Source: Pseudomonas sp.
GTDB taxonomy: Bacteria > Pseudomonadota > Gammaproteobacteria > Pseudomonadales > Pseudomonadaceae
Length of the DNA stretch: 64,000 nucleotides
Reading direction: 5' to 3'
NCBI GenBank assembly: GCA_049840615.1
Contig: JASGKM010000007.1
Location: 31,849 to 95,848 of the forward strand
In this document: positions 30,379-42,251 of the stretch, piece by piece
Layout of the letters: each line of letters starts with the position of its first letter
Position numbering within the stretch: the first letter of the stretch is position 1
Notes under the pieces: generated by a model
Databases searched by the model: none
Told to the model about the DNA's origin: nothing
What the model saw: only the letters and a program-made list of their open reading frames with translations
Position numbers and translations under genes: made by a program

Positions 30379-31881
30379 ATGAAACCATCGCTAGTCCTCA
30401 AGATGGGCCAGCAGCTGACGATGACTCCGCAGCTGCAACAGGCCATCCGACTGCTCCAGCTCTCCACGCTGGACCTCCAACAGGAAATCCAGGAAGCCCT
30501 GGAGTCCAACCCGATGCTGGAGCGCCAGGAAGAAGGCGAGGATTTCGACAACAGCGATCCCATGGCGGACGGTGCCGAATCCGGCGCCAACGGCACCAGC
30601 AGCAGTTCCCAGGACAACTTCCAGGAAAGCACCACTCCCAACGTCGACAGCCTCGACGATGACCAGTGGGCCGAGCGCATCCCCAACGAGCTGCCGGTCG
30701 ACACCGCCTGGGAAGACATCTACCAGACCAGCGCCAGCAGTCTGCCCAGCAACGATGACGACGAGTGGGACTTCACCTCCCGCACCTCCGCCGGCGAAAG
30801 CCTGCAGAGCCATCTGCTGTGGCAGCTCAACCTCCTGCCGATGTCCGATACCGACCGTCTGATCGCCCTGAGCATCATCGACGGCATCACGGACGACGGT
30901 TACCTGGACGAGTCCCTCGACGACATCCTCGCCTCCATCGACCCGGAGCTGGGCGTGGAGATGGATGAGGTGGAAGTCGTACTGCGCCGCGTGCAGCAGC
31001 TCGAACCCGCAGGCGTCGGTGCGCGCAACCTGCGCGAATGCCTGCTGTTGCAGCTGCGCCAGATGCCCACCAAAACCTACCTGCTGGCCGAAGCTATCCG
31101 TCTGGTCAGCGATCACCTGGATCTGCTGGGCAGCCGCGACTACAGCCAGTTGATGCGACGCATGAAGCTCAAGGAAGACGAGCTGCGCGAGACCATCGAG
31201 CTGATCCAGTCGCTGCACCCACGCCCCGGCTCGCAGATCGAGTCCGGCGAAGCCGAATACGTCGTCCCGGATGTCATCGTTCGGAAGAACAACGACCGCT
31301 GGCTGGTGGAACTGAACCAGGAAGCGGTGCCGCGCCTGCGCGTGAACTCGCAGTACGCGGGCCTCGTGCGCCGCGCCGACTCCAGCGCCGACAATACGTT
31401 CATGCGCAACCAGCTGCAGGAAGCGCGCTGGTTCATCAAGAGCCTGCAGAGCCGCAACGAGACACTGATGAAGGTGGCGACGCAGATCGTCGAGCACCAG
31501 CGCGGCTTCCTCGAGTACGGCGAGGAAGCGATGAAACCGCTGGTCCTGCACGATATCGCCGAGGCGGTGGGCATGCACGAATCGACCATCTCCCGCGTCA
31601 CCACGCAGAAATTCATGCACACGCCGCGTGGCATCTTCGAGCTGAAGTACTTCTTCTCCAGCCACGTCAGCACCTCCGAAGGCGGCGAGTGCTCGTCCAC
31701 CGCGATTCGCGCCATCATCAAGAAACTGGTCGCGGCGGAAAGTCCGAAAAAGCCATTGAGTGACAGCAAGATCGCTGGTTTACTGGAGGCACAGGGCATT
31801 CAAGTGGCACGTCGTACCGTCGCCAAGTACCGGGAGTCCCTAGGAATCTCTCCCTCGAGCGAGCGCAAGCGGCTGGTGTGA
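30379..31881 (+). CDS. rpoN: RNA polymerase sigma-54 factor
   Basis: 500 aa. Gln/acidic-rich N-terminus and a C-terminal RpoN box ([10 protein letters not shown]). Confidence 0.97.
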   Translation: MKPSLVLKMGQQLTMTPQLQQAIRLLQLSTLDLQQEIQEALESNPMLERQEEGEDFDNSDPMADGAESGANGTSSSSQDNFQESTTPNVDSLDDDQWAERIPNELPVDTAWEDIYQTSASSLPSNDDDEWDFTSRTSAGESLQSHLLWQLNLLPMSDTDRLIALSIIDGITDDGYLDESLDDILASIDPELGVEMDEVEVVLRRVQQLEPAGVGARNLRECLLLQLRQMPTKTYLLAEAIRLVSDHLDLLGSRDYSQLMRRMKLKEDELRETIELIQSLHPRPGSQIESGEAEYVVPDVIVRKNNDRWLVELNQEAVPRLRVNSQYAGLVRRADSSADNTFMRNQLQEARWFIKSLQSRNETLMKVATQIVEHQRGFLEYGEEAMKPLVLHDIAEAVGMHESTISRVTTQKFMHTPRGIFELKYFFSSHVSTSEGGECSSTAIRAIIKKLVAAESPKKPLSDSKIAGLLEAQGIQVARRTVAKYRESLGISPSSERKRLV

Positions 31882-31959
31882 CGTTGATCCACGCCAAGGT
31901 GTTCCGGCGGCAGGCCCCCTAACCTGCCACTTACACACGGGCAACAAGGAGAAAGCGGT

Positions 31960-32268
31960 ATGCAAGTCAACATCAGTGGACATCAACTGGATGTGACCGA
32001 CGCCCTGCGCGACTATGTCGGCGAGAAACTTGGCCGACTGGAGCGCCACTTCGACAAGATCACCAATGTTCAGGTCATCATGGAGGTCGAGAAGCTGAAG
32101 CAGAAAATTGAAGCCACCCTCCACATCGCCGGTGGCGAAGTGGTGGCCTGCGCCGAACATGAAGACATGTACGCGGCCATCGACCTGCTCACCGACAAGC
32201 TCGACCGCCAACTGATCAAGCACAAGGAAAAATACCTCGAACGCCAGCAAGGTGTTGGCGTCCGTTAA
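31960..32268 (+). CDS. hpf: ribosome hibernation promoting factor
   Basis: 102 aa (MQVNISGHQLDVTDALRDYV). Lies downstream of rpoN. Confidence 0.93.
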   Translation: MQVNISGHQLDVTDALRDYVGEKLGRLERHFDKITNVQVIMEVEKLKQKIEATLHIAGGEVVACAEHEDMYAAIDLLTDKLDRQLIKHKEKYLERQQGVGVR

Positions 32269-32277
32269 CCCCTCTCT

Positions 32278-32745
32278 ATGATCCGACTTGAGCAAATCCT
32301 GACCCCCGGCCGTTCCCTCGTGAACGTGCCGGGCGGCAGCAAAAAACGTGTCCTCGAACAAATCGCCAACCTGGTGGCTCGCGAGCTGCCGGGTTTCGAT
32401 TCCCAAGACATCTTCGACAGCCTGGTGGCCCGGGAACGCCTGGGCTCCACCGGCTTCGGCAATGGCATCGCCATCCCGCACTGCCGCCTCCCCGGCTGCC
32501 AGTCGCCTATCAGCGCCATCCTGCACCTTGATCACCCGGTAGACTTCGACGCCCTCGACGGCGCGCCGGTCGATCTGGTGTTCGTGCTACTGGTGCCGGA
32601 AGCGGCGACCGAGGAGCACCTGGAACTGCTGCGGCAGATCGCCTCCATGCTCGACCGCTCCGACGTCCGCGACCGCCTGCGTCACGCCGCCAACGGCGAG
32701 GACCTGTACCGGATCGTCGTGGACTTCCAGAACAACGGGCACTGA
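32278..32745 (+). CDS. ptsN: PTS-Ntr enzyme IIA
   Basis: About 154 aa. Phosphorylatable His lies in GNGIAIPH. Confidence 0.93.
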   Translation: MIRLEQILTPGRSLVNVPGGSKKRVLEQIANLVARELPGFDSQDIFDSLVARERLGSTGFGNGIAIPHCRLPGCQSPISAILHLDHPVDFDALDGAPVDLVFVLLVPEAATEEHLELLRQIASMLDRSDVRDRLRHAANGEDLYRIVVDFQNNGH

Positions 32746-32747
32746 TC

Positions 32748-33605
32748 ATGCGCCTGATCATCATCAGTGGGAGATCCGGCTCGGGCAAGAGCACCGCGCT
32801 CAACGTGCTCGAGGACAACGGCTTCTACTGCATCGACAACCTACCGGCCAGCCTCCTTCCGGACCTGGCCCAGCGCGCACTGCTGCACACCGAGCTGCTG
32901 CACCCTCAGGTCGCCGTCTCCATCGACGCGCGCAACCTGCCCAGCCAGCTGCAGCGCTTCCCCGAGCTGCTGCAGGAAGCCCGCGACAAGCACATCCAGT
33001 GCGACGTGCTGTACCTCGATGCCGATGATGAGACGCTACTCAAACGCTTCTCCGAGACTCGCCGGCGCCACCCGCTGACCACCGACACCCGCTCCCTGGC
33101 CGAGGCCATCAGCGACGAGTCGAACCTGCTGGCGCCGATCGCCGACCTGGCCGATCTCAAGCTCAACACCACCAACCTGAACCTCTATCAGCTGCGCGAC
33201 GTACTCAAGCTGCGCCTGCTGAACAAGCCCGAACTGGGCACCGCCTTCCTGGTCGAATCCTTTGGCTTCAAGCGCGGCATGCCGGTGGACGCGGACCTGG
33301 TGTTCGACGTGCGCTGCCTGCCCAATCCGTACTGGAAACCCGAACTGCGCGAGCACACCGGGCTGGAAACGGAAGTCCAGGAGTACCTGGCGGCACAACC
33401 GGACGTCGAGGAGATGTACCAGGACATCCTCGCCTACCTGAACAAGTGGCTGCCGCGCTTCGCCGCGAGCAACCGGGCCTACGTGACCATCGCCATCGGC
33501 TGCACCGGTGGCCAGCACCGCTCGACCTACATTGCCGAGCGTATTGGTCAGGCGCTCAAGGAAACCCTCACCAACGTGCAGATTCGCCACCGCGACCTGA
33601 GCTAA
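32748..33605 (+). CDS. rapZ: RNase adapter protein RapZ
   Basis: 285 aa. Walker [10 protein letters not shown]. Confidence 0.93.
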   Translation: MRLIIISGRSGSGKSTALNVLEDNGFYCIDNLPASLLPDLAQRALLHTELLHPQVAVSIDARNLPSQLQRFPELLQEARDKHIQCDVLYLDADDETLLKRFSETRRRHPLTTDTRSLAEAISDESNLLAPIADLADLKLNTTNLNLYQLRDVLKLRLLNKPELGTAFLVESFGFKRGMPVDADLVFDVRCLPNPYWKPELREHTGLETEVQEYLAAQPDVEEMYQDILAYLNKWLPRFAASNRAYVTIAIGCTGGQHRSTYIAERIGQALKETLTNVQIRHRDLS

Positions 33606-33639
33606 GCAGCGACAGACAACAAAAGGACAGCCCCTCGCG

Positions 33640-33912
33640 ATGCCCGCCCTCGAAATCACCATCATCAACAAGCTTGGCCTGCACGCCCGTGCAGCGGCCA
33701 AATTCGTCGGCGTCGCGGGTCGATTCCCCTGCCAGGTTCGTGTGGGCCGCAATCCGGAAAGCACAGTGGACGGCAAGAGCATCATGGCCGTGATGATGCT
33801 CGCAGCCGGCAAGGGCACCAACCTGCATCTCGCCGCCGAAGGTGAGCAGGAAGACGATGCGCTCAAGGCGCTGGTCGACCTGATCAACAACTACTTCGAC
33901 GAAGGCGAATGA
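33640..33912 (+). CDS. ptsO: HPr-like phosphocarrier NPr
   Basis: 90 aa. Active-site context NKLGLHARAA. Confidence 0.92.
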   Translation: MPALEITIINKLGLHARAAAKFVGVAGRFPCQVRVGRNPESTVDGKSIMAVMMLAAGKGTNLHLAAEGEQEDDALKALVDLINNYFDEGE

Positions 33913-33924
33913 CGCGCCGGGCCA

Positions 33925-34824
33925 TCAGCCCAGCGACGTATCCAGCACCATCATCAGGCAGAAACCGATGATCAGCCCCTGGGTGGCCTGCGCCGCGTGG
34001 CCGCGCCGCTGCGATTCGGGAATGATCTCGCGCACCACCACATAGAGCATCGCGCCCGCCGCAGCGGCCAGCCCCCAGGGCAGGAACATCCGCGAGATGC
34101 CGATCAGCCAGGCGCAAAGTACCGCGAACAGCGGCTCCACCAGCCCGGAAGCCGCTCCCGCCAGCGCCGCCTTGCCACGCGAAACACCCGCTCCGGCCAG
34201 CACCAGCGCAATCGCCAGCCCTTCGGGCACATCCTGCAGCGCGATGCCCAGCGCCAGGCCACTCGCGCCCTGCACCTCTCCCCCGGCGGCAACCCCCACG
34301 GCCATACCTTCGGGAATGTTGTGCAGAACGATGGCGGCGACGAACAGCAGGATGCGCGCAGGGACCTTGCCTTCGGCAACACCCTGGATATTCGCCTGGG
34401 CATCCTCCAGCACCCGCCCGAACACCGCGAGGCCAAATGCACCCAACGCGAGGCCGAGACTGACCAGCAGCGAGGCCAGCCAGGTCGGGCGCCCGGAAGC
34501 TTCCGCCGCCTCCAGCGCCGGCAGCAGCAGGGAGAAGGCCGTGGCAGCCAGCATCACCCCGGCACCGAAACCCAGCATGGCGTCGGCGATGCGCGCCGGC
34601 ATGCTCCGCACCAGCAGCACCGGCACCGCCCCCAGGGCAGTGCCGAGCGCGCAGAGCATGCCGCCATGCAGGGCCAGGTACATCGGCGCAGACAGCGACA
34701 GTCTCGCCAGCAGCATCAGGTGCTGAACCACCAGCACGGTGCCGCCAAGGGAAATAGTCAGCCCCAGCAACCAACGCAGATTGCGTCCTCTGCTTTCCCG
34801 CAGGCTCTGCACAATCAGACGCAT
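33925..34824 (-). CDS. ZIP-family divalent metal transporter
   Basis: ORF trimmed to ATG at 34824 (MRLIVQSLRESRG), giving 299 aa. Polytopic, with ZIP motif HNIPEGMAVG. Lies downstream of sodA. Confidence 0.85.
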   Translation of the reverse strand: MRLIVQSLRESRGRNLRWLLGLTISLGGTVLVVQHLMLLARLSLSAPMYLALHGGMLCALGTALGAVPVLLVRSMPARIADAMLGFGAGVMLAATAFSLLLPALEAAEASGRPTWLASLLVSLGLALGAFGLAVFGRVLEDAQANIQGVAEGKVPARILLFVAAIVLHNIPEGMAVGVAAGGEVQGASGLALGIALQDVPEGLAIALVLAGAGVSRGKAALAGAASGLVEPLFAVLCAWLIGISRMFLPWGLAAAAGAMLYVVVREIIPESQRRGHAAQATQGLIIGFCLMMVLDTSLG

Positions 34825-34840
34825 GGCAGGTCCATCGGTC

Positions 34841-35467
34841 TCATCCCTGACCTCGCGCCCGCAATGCCTGGCGGTAACGGCGCAGCACCTCGGGCCAGGC
34901 GACCACGTTGTAGAAGGCTGCGATGTATTCCGGCCGGCGGTTCTGGTAACGCAGGTAGTAGGCGTGTTCCCAGACATCCAGACCGAGGATCGGCAGGTTG
35001 CCCTGCATCAGCGGGCTGTCCTGGTTACCACTGCTCTCGACCACCAGCTTGCCCTGCGGGTCCACGCTCAGCCACGCCCAGCCGCTGCCGAAGCGGGTCA
35101 GCGCCGCTTTGGTGAAGGCCTGGCAGAAGGCGTCGTAGCCACCCAGTTCGGCATCGATGGCCTGGCGCAGCTCGTCCTGCGGCTGACCGCCACCGTCCGG
35201 CGCCATGACAGTCCAGAACAGCGAGTGGTTGGCATGACCGCCACCGTTATTGATCACCGGGCCGCGCAGGGCATCGGGCAGGCGGTCAAGTTTCTGCAGC
35301 AATTCCTCCACCGGAACCTCGGCGAACTCGGTGCCTTCCAGCGCCGCGTTGAGGTTATTGATGTAGGTCTGGTGGTGCTTGCTGTGGTGGATCTCCATGG
35401 TCTGCGCATCGATGTGCGGCTCCAGCGCATCGTAGGCGTAGGGCAAGGCGGGCAGGACATGAGGCAT
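34841..35467 (-). CDS. sodA: superoxide dismutase (Mn-type by operon context)
   Basis: 208 aa Fe/Mn-SOD ([18 protein letters not shown]). Last enzyme gene of the fagA-fumC-orfX-sodA arrangement. Confidence 0.92.
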   Translation of the reverse strand: MPHVLPALPYAYDALEPHIDAQTMEIHHSKHHQTYINNLNAALEGTEFAEVPVEELLQKLDRLPDALRGPVINNGGGHANHSLFWTVMAPDGGGQPQDELRQAIDAELGGYDAFCQAFTKAALTRFGSGWAWLSVDPQGKLVVESSGNQDSPLMQGNLPILGLDVWEHAYYLRYQNRRPEYIAAFYNVVAWPEVLRRYRQALRARGQG

Positions 35468-35490
35468 CTTCGTTCCTCTATTCGAAGGAT

Positions 35491-35940
35491 TCAGTGGTAA
35501 CGCATCGAGTGCACGGCGGTGAACAGACCCGGACGCAGCTCTACCGCGCCCTGGCGGCGCAGCAGGCGCTGGGTGCGCGGGTAGGTGCCGTGCTCGCCGA
35601 TGAAGTTGAGCAGTTCGACGTAGGTGCGGCGGCTGTGCTGCACTGCCGCGGCGCGCAGCTCGGAGCGCTTGCGCAGGTCTTCGCCCAGATGCAGCAGGCG
35701 CTCGTGGCAGGCGCAGAGGTATTCGGCAGTCTCCTCCGGCTGGCCCAGCTGCAGATGCAGGTCACCGAGGTTGTGGTGCGAGATGACAAAGGCCATCACC
35801 GCTTCCTCGGCGTCATGCCAGCGATCCAGCAGCACCTGGGCCAGCGCCAGAGCGTGGAGGTAGTGCTCACGGGCATCGATCAACTCTTGACGAATGAAGC
35901 AGCGGTTGCCCAGTTCGATGGTGCGTTGCCAATGGCGCAT
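35491..35940 (-). CDS. conserved hypothetical protein (orfX of the fagA-fumC-orfX-sodA operon)
   Basis: 149 aa, helical/TPR-like by eye. Its position between fumC and sodA matches P. aeruginosa. Confidence 0.75.
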   Translation of the reverse strand: MRHWQRTIELGNRCFIRQELIDAREHYLHALALAQVLLDRWHDAEEAVMAFVISHHNLGDLHLQLGQPEETAEYLCACHERLLHLGEDLRKRSELRAAAVQHSRRTYVELLNFIGEHGTYPRTQRLLRRQGAVELRPGLFTAVHSMRYH

Positions 35941-35969
35941 GGCAGGTTCCTCCAGCGGGTAGGGCGGAC

Positions 35970-37338
<1,369 letters not shown>

Positions 37339-37346
<8 letters not shown>

Positions 37347-37722
37347 TCTCGATTCCTTCTTGCAGTCTCAGGGAAGGCGCCATCTCCTGCTGCGCCATGC
37401 GCCGGGCCAGCAGGCACAGGCGTTGGCGCTGGGCAGTCGAAGTCGCCAGGCGTTGCAGTTCACGTAGGGGGAGATAGGCGTGATCCAGGCAGAGCACCCG
37501 CCAATGCCAGGGCAGCGCGATGTCACGACTGCTGTCGAGCAGCAGCTGGAAGCACTTCTCGAACAGGCGCCAAGCCGGCACCGGCTCCCAGGCCGCCAGG
37601 TAGCGCGCCTCGCCGAGGTACTGTTCGACCAGGCGCGGTTCATTCGGCTCCAGAGCACAGCGGATGCGCGTGCCCAGGCGATACCAGCGGTCGGTGATCG
37701 AGCTGTCGATTTCGGCGAACAT
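37339..37722 (-). CDS. fagA: FagA-like protein (Fur-associated gene)
   Basis: 127 aa. It is the first gene of the operon, directly downstream of a strong Fur box, and overlaps the fumC start by 8 nt. Confidence 0.75.
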
Positions 37723-37737
37723 GGCAATCTCTCAATC

Positions 37738-37756
37738 GATAATGAGATTGATTATT
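37738..37756. promoter_or_regulatory. Fur box in the fagA promoter
   Basis: gataatgagattgattatt matches GATAATGATAATCATTATC at 15 of 19 positions, 16-34 nt upstream of the fagA ATG. Confidence 0.7.
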
Positions 37757-37767
37757 GTTTCCGAAAG

Positions 37768-37809
37768 ACAAAAAAACAAGCCGCCAGAACGCAATGCGCT
37801 GGGCGGCTG
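37768..37809 (-). terminator. Rho-independent terminator downstream of pmbA
   Basis: The minus strand reads agccgcccag-cgcattgcgtt-ctggcggct followed by tgtttttttgtctttc. Confidence 0.7.
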
Positions 37810-37859
37810 CTCGTGAGAAAGGCGGGGAAGCCGCGGCCGGCGTGGCCGCGGCGGGTGAA

Positions 37860-39209
37860 TCAGTTGCCGGCGACCATCATCTTTTCGATGAGCACGGAAC
37901 CAGTGTGCAGGTTGCCGCGATACTCCACGTCGTTACCGATGGCGACGATGTTGCGGAACAGGTCGCGCAGGTTGGCGGCGATGGTGACTTCCTGCACCGG
38001 GAACTGGATTTCGCCGTTCTCTACCCAGTAGCCGCCAGCACCACGCGAGTAGTCGCCGGTCACCAGGTTGACGCCCTGCCCCATCAGCTCGGTGACCAGA
38101 AGGCCCCGGCCCATGCGGCGGATCAGGGCGGCCTGGTCCTCGTCGCCATGGCTGACGAACAGGTTGTGCACACCACCGGAGTTGGCCGTGCTGGGCATGC
38201 CCAGCTTGCGCCCGGAGTAAGTGCCAAGCACATAGGAAACCAGCTCGCCGCCTTCGACGAAGGGTTTGGCGTAAGTCGCCAGGCCATCGTTGTCGAACGA
38301 GGCGCTGCCCAGCGCACCGCGCAGCAGCGGGCGCTCATCCAGAGTCAGCCACTCCGGGAACAGCCGCTGACCCAACGCACCTTCGAGGAAGGACGACTTG
38401 CGGTACAGGCTGCCGCCGGAGATGGCGCCGAGGAAGTGACCGAACAGGCCGACCGCGACTTCCGGGGCAAACAGTACCGGTACTTCGGCGGTTGGCACCG
38501 GGCGCGCGCCCAGGCGGCTGGCGGCACGCTCAGCGGCGCGACGGCCGATGGATTCCGGAGTGGCCAGCAACTCGCCGCGGCGGTTCACGTCGTACCAGTA
38601 GTCGCGCTGCATCTGCCCTTCGCCTTCGGCGATCATCACGCAGCTCAGGCTGTGGCGCGTGCTGGCGTAACCGCCGACGAAGCCGTGGCTGTTGCCGTAG
38701 ACGCGACAGCCCTGGTGGGTGTTCAGCGTAGTGCCGTCGGCCTTGGTGACGCGCTTGTCGGTGGCGAACGCAGCCGCCTCGCAGGCCAGCGCGCGCTCGA
38801 TGGCCTGATCGGGGGTGATCGACCAGCCGTGGTACAGGTCCAGGTCCGGCAGGTCGCGGGCCATCAGTGCCGGATCAGCCAGCCCCGCGCAATCGTCTTC
38901 GGAAGCATGCTTGGCAATAGCCAGCGCCGCCGCCACGGTCTCGCGGATAGCGTCCGCGCCGGTCGCAGAGGTGCTCGCCGAGCCCTTGCGCTGGCCGACG
39001 TAGAGGGTGATGCCGAAGCCCTGGTCGCGGTTGAACTCGACGGTCTCGACTTCCCCCTGGCGCACCGAGGTCGACAGCCCTTGCTCCACCGACACTGCCA
39101 CCTCGCAGGCGCTGGCGCCCTGCCGGGTGGCCTCGGCGATGATCCGCTCGACCTGCTCGCGCAGTTCGGGAAGGACCTCCGGGCTCACTGCCGGGTTGTG
39201 TTTGCTCAT
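37860..39209 (-). CDS. pmbA: metalloprotease PmbA (TldE)
   Basis: ORF trimmed to ATG at 39209 ([13 protein letters not shown]), giving 449 aa. Confidence 0.93.
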   Translation of the reverse strand: MSKHNPAVSPEVLPELREQVERIIAEATRQGASACEVAVSVEQGLSTSVRQGEVETVEFNRDQGFGITLYVGQRKGSASTSATGADAIRETVAAALAIAKHASEDDCAGLADPALMARDLPDLDLYHGWSITPDQAIERALACEAAAFATDKRVTKADGTTLNTHQGCRVYGNSHGFVGGYASTRHSLSCVMIAEGEGQMQRDYWYDVNRRGELLATPESIGRRAAERAASRLGARPVPTAEVPVLFAPEVAVGLFGHFLGAISGGSLYRKSSFLEGALGQRLFPEWLTLDERPLLRGALGSASFDNDGLATYAKPFVEGGELVSYVLGTYSGRKLGMPSTANSGGVHNLFVSHGDEDQAALIRRMGRGLLVTELMGQGVNLVTGDYSRGAGGYWVENGEIQFPVQEVTIAANLRDLFRNIVAIGNDVEYRGNLHTGSVLIEKMMVAGN

Positions 39210-39325
39210 TGCATGCCTCTCCTGTTCATGGTCCGGCCCCGCCATCAGGCGGCGGCAACCGGCACGGGCCGGACAAGCGGCCCCTGACTCGTTATCATGG
39301 CGGCGTTTTCAACGAGACCCCCGCC

Positions 39326-39850
39326 ATGGCTGAAATTCACGATGACGACTCGTCCTTCGATGAGAAGAGCAAGTCGCAAGTAAAACGCGAAATGCACGCG
39401 CTGCAGGAGCTCGGCGAGCGCCTGACCACGCTCAAGGCCGACATGCTCGACCGCATGCCGCTCACCGATCCGCTGCGCCGCGCACTGGAAGAAGCACCCA
39501 AGCACAAGGCCAATGCCGCCAAGAAACGCCACCGGCAGTTCATCGGCAAGCTGATGCGCGACCAGGACGTCGAGGCCATCCTCGCCCTGCTGGAGCAGGT
39601 AGACACTTCCACCCGCCAGTACAACGAACGCTTCCACGCCCTGGAGCGCTGGCGCGACCACCTGATCACCGGCGGTGATGCGGCACTGTCGGCCTTCTTC
39701 GGCGAATACCCGGAAAGCGACCGCCAGCATCTGCTCCAGCTGATCCGCCACGCCCAGCACGAGGCTGCTCACAACAAGCCCCCGGCTGCGGCACGGAAGA
39801 TCTTCAAGTACATCCGCGAGCTGGACGAGATGAAACGCGGCCTGCGCTGA
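39326..39850 (+). CDS. yjgA: ribosome-associated protein YjgA (DUF615)
   Basis: ORF trimmed to ATG at 39326 ([31 protein letters not shown]), giving 174 aa. Divergent from pmbA. Confidence 0.88.
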   Translation: MAEIHDDDSSFDEKSKSQVKREMHALQELGERLTTLKADMLDRMPLTDPLRRALEEAPKHKANAAKKRHRQFIGKLMRDQDVEAILALLEQVDTSTRQYNERFHALERWRDHLITGGDAALSAFFGEYPESDRQHLLQLIRHAQHEAAHNKPPAAARKIFKYIRELDEMKRGLR

Positions 39851-39890
39851 GCGGCCGCGCCCTTCTCCTCCTGCCCCACCGGCAACGACT

Positions 39891-41333
39891 TCAGGCGCCC
39901 GTGCCGCCGACGGTGATCGCGTCGATCTTCAGGGTCGGCTGACCGACACCGACCGGCACGGACTGGCCATCCTTGCCGCAGGTCCCCACGCCGCTGTCCA
40001 GCGCTAGGTCGTTGCCGACCATGGACACTCGGCTCATCACTTCCGGACCGTTGCCGATCAGGGTCGCGCCCTTCACCGGGCGGGTAATCTTGCCGTTCTC
40101 GATCAGGTAGGCCTCGCTGGTGGCGAAGACGAACTTGCCGCTGGTGATGTCCACCTGGCCGCCGCCAAGGTTCGCGCAGTAGATGCCGCGCTCGACGCTG
40201 GCAATGATTTCCTGCGGATCGCTCTGCCCGGCCAGCATGTAAGTGTTGGTCATGCGCGGCATCGGCAGGTGCGCGTAGGACTCGCGGCGACCGTTGCCGG
40301 TACGTGCCACGCCCATCAGGCGGGCATTGAGCTTGTCCTGCATGTAGCCCTTGAGGATGCCGTTCTCGATCAACACATTGCAGTGGGTTGGCGTACCTTC
40401 GTCGTCCACCGACAGCGAACCACGGCGACCGGCGATGGTGCCGTCATCGACGATGGTGCACAGGCTGGAAGCGACCTTCTCGCCGATACGACCACTGTAG
40501 TTCGAGCTGCCCTTGCGGTTGAAGTCGCCTTCCAGACCGTGGCCCACGGCTTCATGCAGCAGCACGCCGGACCAGCCAGCGCCCATCACCACCGGCAGGC
40601 TGCCGGCCGGAGCAGGAACGGCTTCGAGGTTGACCAGTGCCTGGCGCAGCGCCTCACGGGCGTAGCTCATGGCGCGATCTTCCTGGAGGAAATACTGGTA
40701 GTCGGTACGACCGCCGCCGCCGTGACCGCCACGCTCACGGCGCCCGTTCTGCTCGACGATGACGCTGACGTTGAAGCGCACCAGCGGACGGATGTCCGCC
40801 GCCAGCGAACCGTCCGCCGCAGCGATCAGCACCTGGTCCCAGACGCCGGCTAGGCTGACGGTGACCTGCTGGATGCGCGGGTCGAGGGCACGAGTGGCGG
40901 CATCGATTTTCTGCAGCAGCTCCACTTTCTCGGCGCGGCTCATCACGTCCAGCGGGTTCTCGCCGGCGTACAGCCGCGTCGGCACCACAGCCTGGAAGGC
41001 CTGCACCTTGCCGTTCTGCCCGGCGCGGGAAATCGAACGGGCGGCGCGGGCAGCCTGGATCAGCGCTTCATGATTGATCGCGTTGCTGTAGGCGAAGCCG
41101 GTCTTCTCGCCGGACTGCGCGCGCACGCCGACGCCCTGGTCCATGTGGAAGCTGCCTTCCTTGACGATGCCGTCCTCCAGCATCCAGGACTCGGAGACCT
41201 GGCTCTGGAAATACAGGTCGGCGGCGTCGATGCCGGGGCCGCTCAGCTCGTGCAGGATCGGCGACAACTGGTCGATATCCAGACCACCGGGGGCCAGCAG
41301 ATGCTGGCTGACGGATGACAACAGTTCGCTCAT
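39891..41333 (-). CDS. tldD: metalloprotease TldD
   Basis: ORF trimmed to ATG at 41333 ([13 protein letters not shown]), giving 480 aa. HExxxGH-type site in [11 protein letters not shown]. Confidence 0.95.
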   Translation of the reverse strand: MSELLSSVSQHLLAPGGLDIDQLSPILHELSGPGIDAADLYFQSQVSESWMLEDGIVKEGSFHMDQGVGVRAQSGEKTGFAYSNAINHEALIQAARAARSISRAGQNGKVQAFQAVVPTRLYAGENPLDVMSRAEKVELLQKIDAATRALDPRIQQVTVSLAGVWDQVLIAAADGSLAADIRPLVRFNVSVIVEQNGRRERGGHGGGGRTDYQYFLQEDRAMSYAREALRQALVNLEAVPAPAGSLPVVMGAGWSGVLLHEAVGHGLEGDFNRKGSSNYSGRIGEKVASSLCTIVDDGTIAGRRGSLSVDDEGTPTHCNVLIENGILKGYMQDKLNARLMGVARTGNGRRESYAHLPMPRMTNTYMLAGQSDPQEIIASVERGIYCANLGGGQVDITSGKFVFATSEAYLIENGKITRPVKGATLIGNGPEVMSRVSMVGNDLALDSGVGTCGKDGQSVPVGVGQPTLKIDAITVGGTGA

Positions 41334-41335
41334 AT

Positions 41336-42184
41336 TCACTCCGTACGCGCCGGTCGTGGTTCGACCGGCGGGAAAAATCTTCTGTGCCGGGCAATCGGCA
41401 TGCGTTGCCGGACCGCCGCCTGTTCCTCGCTGTCGCGCTCGGCCAGCAGCACGGCTTCGCCCTTGGCCTGTTCGGCGAGGATACGCCCCCAGGGATCGAC
41501 GATGACCGACTGGCCCCAGGTTTCCCGTCCTTTGGGGTGGGTACCGCCCTGCCCGGCCGCCAGCAGGTAGCACTGGGTCTCGATGGCGCGGGCCCGGATG
41601 AGGACTTCCCAATGCGCCGCGCCGGTCACCGCGGTAAAGGCCGAAGGGGTGCTGATCAGCTCCGCGCCGGCTTCGCGCAGTGCGGTGTAAAGCTCAGGGA
41701 AGCGCAGGTCGTAGCAGACCGTCAGGCCCAGGCGCCCCACCGGCGTATCTGCCACCACCACGTTCTGGCCGAAGGCATAGTCGTCCGACTCGCGATAGCG
41801 GCCACGGGCGTCCGCGACGTCCACATCGAACAGGTGCAGCTTGTCGTAGCGCGCCGCCACCTCTCCACGCTCATCCACCAGCAATGAACAGGCGTTGGCT
41901 TTCGCCTCCGGCTGGCCCTCAGGCGGCAGCGGCAAAGTACCGGCGACTATCCACAACCTGAGGTCGCGGGCGGTGCTTTTCAACCAGGGCAGGATCGGGC
42001 CATCGCCGAGAGCTTCTGCGCGGCCGATATCCGCGAGATCGCGGCGGCCCATGGCAGCGAAGTTCTCCGGCAGCACGGCGAGACGCGCGCCACCCGCGGC
42101 GGCCTGCTCGAGCAGGCGACGGGCGGCGGCGAGATTGGCCAGGACATCGTCCTGGCTGACCATCTGGATGACGGCAATGGACAT
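41336..42184 (-). CDS. carbon-nitrogen hydrolase family protein (nitrilase superfamily)
   Basis: 282 aa. Catalytic Cys context VCYDLRFPE. Confidence 0.88.
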   Translation of the reverse strand: MSIAVIQMVSQDDVLANLAAARRLLEQAAAGGARLAVLPENFAAMGRRDLADIGRAEALGDGPILPWLKSTARDLRLWIVAGTLPLPPEGQPEAKANACSLLVDERGEVAARYDKLHLFDVDVADARGRYRESDDYAFGQNVVVADTPVGRLGLTVCYDLRFPELYTALREAGAELISTPSAFTAVTGAAHWEVLIRARAIETQCYLLAAGQGGTHPKGRETWGQSVIVDPWGRILAEQAKGEAVLLAERDSEEQAAVRQRMPIARHRRFFPPVEPRPARTE

Positions 42185-42251
42185 GCTGAGCTCCGTCGGT
42201 GTCTGGATTTCATGCTAACTGAAGCCCGGACTTTATGCTCGATTGAGGGGC

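Noticed and set aside
33884-35115. Overlapping alternative-frame ORFs across the ZIP transporter and sodA (33884..34774 -, 33997..35115 +, 34097..34726 +).
   Set aside because: These are Arg/Pro/Gly-rich out-of-frame translations of the ZIP and SOD genes and contain no motifs.
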